Assembly (NCBI GenBank): GCA_965219955.1
Contig: OZ244799.1
Coordinates: 4,032,001 to 4,096,000 of the forward strand
Source: a bacterium
GTDB taxonomy: Bacteria > UBA8248
DNA: 64,000 nucleotides
Direction of reading: 5' to 3'
The notes under the pieces were generated by a model, which saw only the letters and a list, made by a program, of their open reading frames with translations, did no database searches and had not been told where the DNA came from. Position numbers and translations under genes: made by a program. Each line of letters starts with the position of its first letter. The stretch's first letter is position 1. Below, one piece after another: positions 47,038-55,695 of the stretch.

Positions 47038-48451
47038 GGTAAAGTCCTAAACTTGCTGGAAAAATCAGAGGGGTGCATCCTCGGCAGAGGCAACACAAAA
47101 CCGTGCCGGTAAGCGCCGGCACCAAACCGAGGAGGCACCCCATGAAGAAGAGAATACAGGCATCGATGCACACACGCCAATCCCTGTCCGACTTGATCGA
47201 AGGCCGTCTGTCGAGTCCCGATGCGCGGGCCGACCTGGTGAAGCTCGCCACGCGGCTCATCGTGGAAGAGGCGCTGGAGGCGGAGAGCCGCGACGCTCTG
47301 GGCCGGGAATACTACGAGCACGGAGCGAAGCCCGGCCAAGGCTACCGCAACGGCCACCGTGCTGGTCGTCTCAAGACGGCGGAAGGGTTCGTCGAGTTCG
47401 CGGCGCCTCAGATTGCCGGGCGCGAGGAGGCGTTCCGCTCGGCGATTAGAGACAACCTCAAGGGGCGCACCGAGGGGCTCGAGGAGTTGGCGGTGGAGCT
47501 TCTGGCGCGCGGTCTCTCGGTGCGGGACATCGAGGACGTCTTCAGCGACGAGAGCGGCCGTCTGCTGCTCTCTCGCACGGCGGTCTCCGAGCTCGGCGAA
47601 CGGTTGTGGTCAGAATATCAGGAGTTCGCTTTGCGGGATTTGGGCGAGTACGAGGTCGTCTATCTGTTCATCGACGGGATCGCCGAGCGGCTCCGCCCGG
47701 GGAGCAAGCGCGAGCCGGTGCTGGCGGCCTGGGGAATCACGGCGAACGGTGCCAAGGTGCTGCTGCACCTGATGGCGGGTTCGAAAGAAGACGCCGAGAC
47801 GGTGAGCGCGTTCTTCCAGGACATGCGCGCCCGGGGTCTGGGCGACCCGCTGGTTGTAGTGAGTGACGGAGCGCCCGGCATCATCAAGGCGATCGAGACG
47901 TGCTTCCCGCGCTCGGAGCGGCAGCGCTGTCTGGCGCACCGCATGCGGAACCTCGCGGCGAAGGCGCCCGAGGACCTCTGGCCGGAGTTCAGGGAGCGGG
48001 CCGCGGCGGCCTACCAGGCCCCCTCGCGCGCCATCGCCCGGGAGTTGGCCGAGGGACTCGCCAGGGACTACGAGTCCAAACTACCCAGCGCCGTGGCTTG
48101 CTTCCGCGACGACTTCGAAGCCTGTATCGCGCACCTGCGTGCGCCGGTCAACCATCGCCGGGCCGTGCGCACCACGAACCAGCTGGAGCGTTTGTTCGTC
48201 GAGGAGCGCCGAAGGCTCAAGATCATCCCGAATGCCTTCGGCGAGAAACCGGTGCTCAAGCTCATGTTCAGCGCCATGATCCGGGCCGCCGAAAGGTGGC
48301 GCGCGCTCAAGATTACCGGCTTCGAACGACGCCAGATGGAAGCCCTCAGACGGGAACTGGACCAGAACTACGAGGAGGAAAACGAACTCAACCGCAGGCC
48401 CTCAGCCGATATGCGCCAAAAGAAAGTTTCCAGCAATTCTCGGACTTGACC
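47038..48451 (+). mobile_element. IS256-family insertion sequence, intact, 8-bp TSD AAAAGGGG
   Basis: IRL GGTAAAGTCCTAAACTTGCTGGAAA; IRR reverse complement GGTCAAGTCCGAGAATTGCTGGAAA; TSD at 47030-47037 and 48452-48459. Confidence 0.95.
47142..48449 (+). CDS. IS256 family transposase
   Basis: GYRNG, GLSVRDI, LFIDG, VSDG, QRCLAH.MRN, RTTN.LER. Confidence 0.95.
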   Translation: MKKRIQASMHTRQSLSDLIEGRLSSPDARADLVKLATRLIVEEALEAESRDALGREYYEHGAKPGQGYRNGHRAGRLKTAEGFVEFAAPQIAGREEAFRSAIRDNLKGRTEGLEELAVELLARGLSVRDIEDVFSDESGRLLLSRTAVSELGERLWSEYQEFALRDLGEYEVVYLFIDGIAERLRPGSKREPVLAAWGITANGAKVLLHLMAGSKEDAETVSAFFQDMRARGLGDPLVVVSDGAPGIIKAIETCFPRSERQRCLAHRMRNLAAKAPEDLWPEFRERAAAAYQAPSRAIARELAEGLARDYESKLPSAVACFRDDFEACIAHLRAPVNHRRAVRTTNQLERLFVEERRRLKIIPNAFGEKPVLKLMFSAMIRAAERWRALKITGFERRQMEALRRELDQNYEEENELNRRPSADMRQKKVSSNSRT

Positions 48452-48811
48452 AAAAGGGGTTGGTGAGTATCAAAATGTGATCGGCGATGCCCGCGTGGAA
48501 AGGCTGCGAGAAACCCGGGTTGCCTCCAGGTCCGCCCGTATGAAACTGGCGGAAAAATCGTGTACATATTTCTGTCACATCATAATCTCCTCTTATTCAT
48601 TGTAGATAGTGGCCGTATATCGCGTTTCACCCAAATGTCTTGCCATATACTACAAAATAGTTTCAATGGTTTTCAGGCTCATTCCATGTTAAAAATACGG
48701 CAAAATCAGGACACTCGGAGAAATTAATTGAGTAAACCCTGCTAGATTTAAGACACATTAATACACATTTTATGTCTTAATTTTACAGACACCGATATTC
48801 ACACTAGAATG

Positions 48812-49558
48812 TTAGTTTTCTGATTCTGAAAATTGGTCATATGGGAGAAATTCCAGTAGCTTCCACCACCCCATCTCGCCAAAATCTAATTGGCTGTTAG
48901 ACGGGTCCCATTCGAACATTATTCGTACGCTATAGGTCTCTCCGTCTCTGGCATCCTCAAATATACGCAAATCGGATAAAAATTTCTGGTTCAAACGCCC
49001 GAGTAACTCTTTGGAAAGCCAATCGCATAACCGTGCATAATCTGATGGTACTTCTGGTGGCAGTTCCTCTGCGCTTAAATCTTCTATAAGAAGACCGAAG
49101 GTTGCCACCCAAATTTGCTCGTGTTGTGAGAGTGTCATCGCAACCCTCGCTCCCCCAAGCTTATCGAACAAAAGTGCGGCCACTTCGTTCAAACACCTAC
49201 CGCGTAGATCCAAGTAGCCCACATTATCCGGCAATCCGACAAGAAGGGAATCATCTATACGTAACGGCAAGATGAATTCCTCATCTCTTTTCTCTGCTTC
49301 ACGTGTTGCAACACTCCATTCAAATTGTGGCCATGCTCTTTCAACATAGGTCTTTGACACGATTGGCACAAAGTATCGAGTACCTTCACCAAACACCCAA
49401 GAAAACTGGCTGTCTAAGCGTTTTCCCAACAAGTGTGCGGAGAAATATTCGTCATAAAAAACCCGAGCTCCTTGCTCGATTAGAAGTTCCGCAAGCTTCT
49501 CAGCCACCTCCCGACAATCCCCCGAAAATGACATGGCAAAGTCAAATGCATATTGCAT
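48812..49558 (-). CDS. TIR domain protein with unknown C-terminal domain
   Basis: FDFAMSFSG.CRE..VFYD...VSKTY...WPQFEW (putative catalytic Glu), ILPLRID; low GC. Confidence 0.85.
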   Translation of the reverse strand: MQYAFDFAMSFSGDCREVAEKLAELLIEQGARVFYDEYFSAHLLGKRLDSQFSWVFGEGTRYFVPIVSKTYVERAWPQFEWSVATREAEKRDEEFILPLRIDDSLLVGLPDNVGYLDLRGRCLNEVAALLFDKLGGARVAMTLSQHEQIWVATFGLLIEDLSAEELPPEVPSDYARLCDWLSKELLGRLNQKFLSDLRIFEDARDGETYSVRIMFEWDPSNSQLDFGEMGWWKLLEFLPYDQFSESEN

Positions 49559-49670
49559 TCAGTACCCTTTTCAATATTAACTAGAAGCAACTAGTTACGT
49601 TAAGACGTGCGTGAGAGAGGAAAGCACACTGCAACAACACTAGTGGGATCACGCAGCGATTGACTTCAAT

Positions 49671-50762
49671 TTACCCGACTTGAAAGCAGAAATCGTGTTC
49701 AAACATTAACGAAGCTTTTGAACCCCTGAAAGCATTGGATTGCGAGCGTTTCACCTCGCTCGTCACGCCATCGTCAATCAGCCGAACGGAACGATTGGCA
49801 GCATTATATATTGAGCGTTCTAATCCATCTCTGGCTTCTTCCTTAGTTAACTTTCGGCCACCGATTCGGACAACAATCCTAGCCTCTTTTGCTAGCAGCG
49901 GAACTACTCCACTCCAAGCTTCTTCTAAGAATTTCCAGTATTTTTGCGCGTTGTAGTGTCTGCCATCGTCTTGTTGGTATTGAATCTTTGCATCTCCACC
50001 AAGGAACCAATTCCGCAACCACTGATCTTCACGATAGTTTGTTGTATCTAAGTAAGGTGGCGAGGTTATTACATCAGTTACTTTCCCACATAAATGCTGA
50101 AACTTCTCGAAAACTCGGCGTGCATCTGACATTGCTACTTCTCCGCGCAGTTCCGGAGGCGGTGTTCTAAATCGATATTCGTTTACTTTTCTCAAGATTT
50201 CAAATACATCGCGTTTAGGTGGTTCATATCCGTGTTTTTTCCACCACCGAACTGAATATGCTGGTTTAGTGCTGATAGTACGAGGCATCCGATTACTAAA
50301 GTAGTTTGGGCTCCGATGAGACTCGCCATGCAGTGCTCCCAATGCCAAGGTTGCAATGAATCGGTCAATCCTATCTGTTTTCCATTGCAGCATTTTCCGA
50401 AGAAATTTCACCTGACTTAAGGTCGAACTCTCAAAACAAAGTAAGAAGAATTCCTTCATCTCTGACATCACTTCGACAGCGGATTCTGTCCGACTTTCTT
50501 TTTCGAGCTGCGCAAGACGCTCATACACTTCTGTTTTTTGGGGTGGGTCGCTCTTCGCACCACTCACACAGACTGCAACGGGATGCACATCGCACCCTGC
50601 AGCTAGCCGTCCTCGAATAAGACTTTCAAATACTGTAGTGCCACGACCACAAAATGGATCAAATACGACGCCGTCGTATTTTGTAGCCGCCAAGTGTTTT
50701 TCAACGAATGTCTCTGGAAACATCGCAAAATAGGGGCAAATTGAATGGAATCGGTGTCTCAT
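49671..50762 (-). CDS. DNA amino-methyltransferase, probably N4-cytosine, alpha class
   Basis: CPYFAMFP; motif I DPFCGRGTT precedes motif IV ITSPPY. Confidence 0.88.
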   Translation of the reverse strand: MRHRFHSICPYFAMFPETFVEKHLAATKYDGVVFDPFCGRGTTVFESLIRGRLAAGCDVHPVAVCVSGAKSDPPQKTEVYERLAQLEKESRTESAVEVMSEMKEFFLLCFESSTLSQVKFLRKMLQWKTDRIDRFIATLALGALHGESHRSPNYFSNRMPRTISTKPAYSVRWWKKHGYEPPKRDVFEILRKVNEYRFRTPPPELRGEVAMSDARRVFEKFQHLCGKVTDVITSPPYLDTTNYREDQWLRNWFLGGDAKIQYQQDDGRHYNAQKYWKFLEEAWSGVVPLLAKEARIVVRIGGRKLTKEEARDGLERSIYNAANRSVRLIDDGVTSEVKRSQSNAFRGSKASLMFEHDFCFQVG

Positions 50763-51760
50763 GCGGCGCGAATCCGACTACCGTACCCTTTCACCCAGTC
50801 CACAGCTGCATCCAATCGGTCAAACGTTTCGACCAAAATTCCTTTCTCCACCAATCCTGCTGCTTCATCAACACGATAGGGTAGTCGTAGTCGATGCAAA
50901 ATATTTCCGAGAATCAGAACATCATCTCGAAAGAGTTCGTCCGGCCGAGCAAACGGAATGATGTGATAAGCAACAAGCTGTGTAACTGGCGTACGTCCAA
51001 ACCAACGCTGGAAGAACGGACCGGATACATGCGCTTTGATTGATTTTTCTTTCCACCTACTACCCGTTGCGACTTGCCCAGCCGCCAAGAAAAACCCTGG
51101 TAGTTCGTCCCTTTGCTCTCTCCGAGCAAATACGTCGACTTGGTCATCTTTTGGGTTAGCGGGCGCAGAAGGGTCGGCCTCTACGTTGCCATCCTTAATC
51201 ACGTTCCAAATCTCTTTAAGCTTCTTTATAAAATCTGTGCCATCTGGTCTGGGGTACCCAAAAGACCAAGCAGGACCGCCCACTTCCGCAGCGATTGCGG
51301 CAGTGGCAAAGTACTGAAAATATTGACGAAGAGCTCTGACTTCATTATCAGTTGGGTAGACTGAGGCGTCTCCTATCAATGGAGACACGGACCTAAGATT
51401 TGAGAGAACTAATGATACCAAATAAGCTGCCTGCCCCAAGGTTGGGTCGTTGGCCGTAAATGTCACTACGGCGCCAGTTTCATCAAGCTCAAATGGATAT
51501 GCCAACTTCAAAATACGCCGCCTGAAATCCATACGGTTGATCGCACCGATTGCTATGACTTCCCGGGTTCTAATTTCATCGTCTACAGCCTCGAAACTAC
51601 CATCAGCCGATAAATCCAGTGCATCGATAATGTCCTGACTTAGAGCCTGTTGGTCGCCAGAAAAGAATGCTGCCAGTTCGAGATAATCGGCGGCTAAATC
51701 CAGATCAGGGTTTTGGCTCCCATGGAACTCATCCGAAGGTAGATAAACCGCGCCGCTCAT
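50759..51760 (-). CDS. Hypothetical protein, possible PD-(D/E)xK-type nuclease
   Basis: ADYLEL N-terminus; KDDQVDV...GQVATG..WK.K; ATGA overlaps with both neighbours. Confidence 0.6.
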   Translation of the reverse strand: MSGAVYLPSDEFHGSQNPDLDLAADYLELAAFFSGDQQALSQDIIDALDLSADGSFEAVDDEIRTREVIAIGAINRMDFRRRILKLAYPFELDETGAVVTFTANDPTLGQAAYLVSLVLSNLRSVSPLIGDASVYPTDNEVRALRQYFQYFATAAIAAEVGGPAWSFGYPRPDGTDFIKKLKEIWNVIKDGNVEADPSAPANPKDDQVDVFARREQRDELPGFFLAAGQVATGSRWKEKSIKAHVSGPFFQRWFGRTPVTQLVAYHIIPFARPDELFRDDVLILGNILHRLRLPYRVDEAAGLVEKGILVETFDRLDAAVDWVKGYGSRIRAA

Positions 51761-52899
51761 TCATCACCTTCGATTTCAAGTTTCTTTTTTCTCATCCTCG
51801 CATAGATGGCTTGCGCCGTCTCCGAGATGTCTTCGGCAATATCAATCAATGCTTGGTCTTGACCATCGAAGCCGCGAAGACTGTTTGAAGCTTCCCGTAC
51901 TGCTGTTCTCGCACGCAAGAGGGCTTCTGTGAGCTTCTGCCCTGCAGGTTGAATGCTCGCATGTGCCTCGGCCAGTGACCCTGTTGTACGTAGAACAGTC
52001 AATCCTTCCACACTTGCAAGCACTAGTCCTAAGTTTTTGATGTCAGGGTTTTGGGACTGAATTATAGGCTCAACACTTTCTTCTTTTGAACCGTAAATCC
52101 AACGAAGTACCTCACCAAGATCATCCAGTTTTTCTGTCGCAATCGGGGCAGGACCCGGATTGTACCTTGCCCAAGCTGCTGGCAGGCCCAAGAAGTCCAT
52201 ATAAGTGGAACGTGATAGTGCTGTGTACAAGTGAGAAAAATTAAAGCGTAGGGACATTCTATCGGAAAGATGGAAGTGTCCGCTTTCTTCAGCTTGTTCT
52301 AGTACGTAGATAGCATTTACCATGCGCTTGATTGTGTCGTGCTTGTCGCCAATTCGTTCGGCAATCTCATCTAGAGTGACATTTCCGTCACGATACCAGT
52401 CTGCAGCAAATTTCGCCTTGGCGTAAGATTCCCACTTCGCGGCACCGTTAATATGTTTGAATCCAACAAAGGATCGGGCGTCATCCCGACTTGCCACGCA
52501 ATAGACTGTAACTTGGTCAAGTGTCGCTCGGTTTTGTTCAGAGATATCTGGCAAATTGATTCGAAATTTTCCAGTTTTAGAAACTTTATCGGCAAGTGAA
52601 TCCTCACGAAACAAATTGATCGCTGCAAGCCGCCGGTTTCCCTCTAGGACTAACAAAGCGTTATCTTGCTTCATTACAATTAATGGTTCTATATCAAGAT
52701 ACCCATTCGCCGCGATCGATTGCAGAAGTTCTCCTAAATCCTCGCTACGGTAAAGTTGAGCAATAATCTCCGCATCAGCCGTCATCTGATCAACACTTAT
52801 TAAGCGTGGATTCTCATAGTCAAGCACGAGACAATCCACTGACACTTTCGTCGCTGTCTTGAGAGACACATCGGCTATGCTATTCATTTCTTCAACCAC
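51757..52899 (-). CDS. ParB/Sulfiredoxin N-terminal domain protein with HTH
   Basis: LD.ENPRL, SIAANGY...EPLIV, VLEGNRRLAA, HING..W, LDEIAERIG. Confidence 0.8.
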   Translation of the reverse strand: MVEEMNSIADVSLKTATKVSVDCLVLDYENPRLISVDQMTADAEIIAQLYRSEDLGELLQSIAANGYLDIEPLIVMKQDNALLVLEGNRRLAAINLFREDSLADKVSKTGKFRINLPDISEQNRATLDQVTVYCVASRDDARSFVGFKHINGAAKWESYAKAKFAADWYRDGNVTLDEIAERIGDKHDTIKRMVNAIYVLEQAEESGHFHLSDRMSLRFNFSHLYTALSRSTYMDFLGLPAAWARYNPGPAPIATEKLDDLGEVLRWIYGSKEESVEPIIQSQNPDIKNLGLVLASVEGLTVLRTTGSLAEAHASIQPAGQKLTEALLRARTAVREASNSLRGFDGQDQALIDIAEDISETAQAIYARMRKKKLEIEGDE

Positions 52900-53121
52900 G
52901 CAAACCTTTCTTGTTGATGTATACGCTACCTTTCTCTAAGCCTACACTAGCGTTCTTGAAATCCACTTCGAGAGCCCTGATGTTCTTGGTTGTAAGAAGA
53001 ACTACGTCCTTTCTTGAACTTAGTAATTGTTGCCAGTACAACACCAAAGCGTTCAACCAATTTGACCTAACTTCACTTCAAGTTAAGCACGAACTATCCA
53101 ACAATGCTCTGGTGGAATCAC
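52892..53121 (-). pseudogene. Decayed XRE-family HTH regulator
   Basis: Across frameshifts reads VIPPEHC..VRA / LK*S*VKLVERFGVVLATITKFKKGR / NIRALEVDFKNASVGL; its stop overlaps the ParB-like start. Confidence 0.6.
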
Positions 53122-53357
53122 TACTTCAGAAACTTTTCACATTTTTAAAAAATTATAGCATCAAAAAAATCAATTAGCATGCTCAAAATCTAGTAACAAA
53201 ATTTGTATCATGGCTAAAGCCGCTTACTCGACTTCAAACACTATGAGTCAAAGAATTATCTGCTAGATCTGTCATAATATGTGACGCCGACGCATCCCTC
53301 AGATAATGCCGTTACGGATCGGACTTTGAAAGGCACAGGTGCAATTGTCCGACAAGA

Positions 53358-54206
53358 GTAAGCATTCGGTGGCAAAGTGATGGCCGAGCTGAAACCGGTG
53401 CCTGCATGAAGTATTGTCCGAAAGGAGTTAAACCAGCGAAGTGCCCTCACCACTTCGGCAATGGCAGGATATTCAGGTAGTCCCGGTGAATCAGCAACAT
53501 TCTCACTGCTCGGTGGGGACATTGGCCCGCGTCGTTAACACTCACTCAGGAGAGTTTGTGGTCCGCTCTATCACCCCACGACCGAACGGATGTAAACGTT
53601 CGGTCGTGGGGTGATAACCTAGTCGATGCCGGAGACAATTTTAGGAATCGCGCGGTGTAGCCGGCTTGAGTTAGTGTTTTCCAGTCCTCCATCACCCTGC
53701 CGCCGAACGGATACGAACGGATGTAATTGTTCATCCGGGCCGTGATGGCAGCACCCGAATAGTTGCAGTTTGGTGTTCTGTCCGAACGTAACTAGTCCGA
53801 CCTAATGCTTTCCCCACTATCCAATTCAGCAGGGACCCAAGGCATTTGCAGTGCTTGTACAGCATTCCAATATTGGGCTTCATCTTTATGGGTCGCACCA
53901 AACCACATCCAATCGGCGCTGAGTCCCATTCCATCACGGCTTGGAAGAACATTTACATCTTTAGTAAGCGTTCGCTCGCACCGTGACGGAATAGGTCTCA
54001 GCGCCGCTCTGGTTCGGATTCATGTTGACTTATATGAGAAGGAAGTCGATGTCGGGATGCAGTCAATGCACCAAAGTTGCCTGAATATTCTGCCGATTTG
54101 GGTGGCAGCAAAAATATTAGGCCGGGCCAGTCACGTTTGGACAACCACCGAACTACCGCTGCTTGGACGCTTCTATCACGGCCCGCCCGAACGCTTACCA
54201 TCTTTA
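53358..54206. mobile_element. Tandem stack of four IS66-type MITEs (53358-53591, 53592-53714, 53723-53956, 53964-54198 inverted)
   Basis: GTA..-GTTC-N9-GTGAT / ATCAC-N9-GAAC-..TAC ends; GTAAGCG...CGCTTAC termini on the last unit; 8-bp direct repeats GAACGGAT and CATCTTTA. Confidence 0.75.
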
Positions 54207-54376
54207 CCCCGACACGGATTCGCCAGAGTGCGCGGCAGTTTTAATCAATCCGCTTTCGTTTTGATTACATAGTTGGAAATGCAGATTCAAGAAAGCATCG
54301 ACAAGATGAATATATGCAATGTTGTCAATATGTTACAGCAATTTAACGGCAAGTGAAAATTGCCTGAATATCGAAT

Positions 54377-54462
54377 TGGCGGAGGGAGAGGGATTCGAAC
54401 CCCCGGAGCTTTCGCTCAGTGGTTTTCAAGACCACCGCCTTCGGCCGCTCGGCCATCCCTCC
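54377..54462 (-). tRNA. tRNA-Ser(TGA)
   Basis: GGAGGGATGGCCGAGCGG...GTGGT-CTTGAAA-ACCAC...GGTTCGAATCC...CCA. Confidence 0.95.
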
Positions 54463-54527
54463 GTGATCTGCGAGCGGTCGAGACTCTTCCGGCATTCTAG
54501 CACGGCTCGGAGGGGTTTTCCGCCGTC

Positions 54528-54805
54528 GTAGGGACAACCCCTTCGGGTTGTCCTGCCCTCCGTGGTTGTCCTTTTACAGGATGTTTACAATCAGGACAGG
54601 CACGGAGGCCTGTCCCTACGGGGCGGGCCTCCTCGTTCGGTTTGATTGCCCTCTCACTTCCATGAAAAGCAACCCCCCCTACCCCCCCTTGTCAGGGGGG
54701 CAAGAAAAAGCAAAACCCCCTCAGCCTGGCGAAGGGGCATCGCCTTTTTATACCCCCCTGACAAGGGGGGGGTAGGGGGGGTTGCCTTTATCCCCTGACA
54801 AGGAG
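54528..54805. repeat. GTAG REP doublet plus CCCCCTGACAAGGGGG palindrome
   Basis: Same families as 31379-31444 and 38604-38720. Confidence 0.8.
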
Positions 54806-54818
54806 GGTTCGCGGCGGG

Positions 54819-55162
54819 GCGCATTTCCCCGCATTTGCGGCTGGGCGCTCATCGCTCCCTCACGAGGTCCGGGCGGAATTCTCTGCATCCCGCTCGAAGC
54901 GACCCGCATTTGCCCGCAATTGCCGTCCGCGCGGATATGGGGGAGTCCGGTATGATGGAGAAGCCGGGCGCTTCGTTCGAGAATACGGAATTTCCGTAAA
55001 TTTCGATAAAATTAGATAAATTTACGGGGTAATTCGGTAAATTGACGGGGTCTTTCCGGGAATTGTTTTCTTTGGAAATGACGCCGCGGAATCCGGGCGC
55101 AGGGGAATCCTGCCACGGCCCGCGACGCCCGCCATGACGGCAAATGCGGGGAAATGCGGTGC
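54819..55162. repeat. Non-coding element bounded by CGCATTTCCCCGCATTTGC inverted repeats with an AT-rich iterated core
   Basis: Inverted repeats near 54820 and 55140; core is an inverted homologue of 23860-24050. Confidence 0.6.
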
Positions 55163-55695
55163 CGCGCGTTGCGTATTTTCAGGGCGCGAAGGGCCGCGTT
55201 CGGGGCGCGCGATGGGCCGCGCCGGGGTCAATCGCGATTGAAGAGTGAGCGATTGCCGCGTTCGGGGCGTGCGTTGGGCCGCGCGGGGAAGCCCCGCGTT
55301 CGGGCTTTGCGCTTCCGGAGGAATCGACCGGAGCCGCCCGAGCCAACAAGGCGGAGGATCGGCCGAAGTCCGGGTGCGCATCCGCGCGACCGGATGGCGC
55401 TCCCGTCTCCGGGGCGGGTGGGCCCGTTTGCGGGGCCGTTGGCCCCCGCGCGGCGTATCCGGCCCGCCGCCGCCTCGTCCACGAGAGCGAAGCAGCCCGG
55501 CATCCCCCGCCGGATTCGCCTGTCGTCTCTCCAAACACCCGTCGAGGCTGATCAAACGGCTTGCATGGTATCAGCGAAGGCGGCGGCGGTGGGTAAAGAT
55601 TCTGTAAAGGTTTCCGCTCCGGGCGCCGGAGGGAATTCCAGGCCGGGATGAAACTGAAAATGTATCTAATTGATTTTTATGTTGTTATGTAGGTC

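Noticed and set aside
48780-49600. TIR gene as an integron cassette (stop lies in AACTAAC; short palindrome upstream)
   Set aside because: No matching GTTRRRY core at attC distance and no integron integrase.
53358-54206. CRISPR array, TIGR-like guide array or retron ncRNA
   Set aside because: The repeats are inverted termini of 123-235 bp units with 8-bp duplications, not direct repeats with short spacers. No cas, Tas/IS110 or reverse transcriptase gene is in the window.
53256-54272. Short ORFs in the array, two of which resemble each other
   Set aside because: The similarity follows from the inverted MITE homology; there is no RBS or domain support.
54377-54462. Possible tRNA-Sec (selC), given the nearby selenoproteins and serS
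   Set aside because: The anticodon is TGA (reads TCA, Ser), not TCA, and the acceptor stem is a normal 7 bp. The same applies to the decayed copy at 35056.
55180-55680. Possible structured ncRNA or gene between tRNA-Ser and serS
   Set aside because: Very GC-rich, with no recognisable RNA family motif or credible ORF; it cannot be supported by eye.
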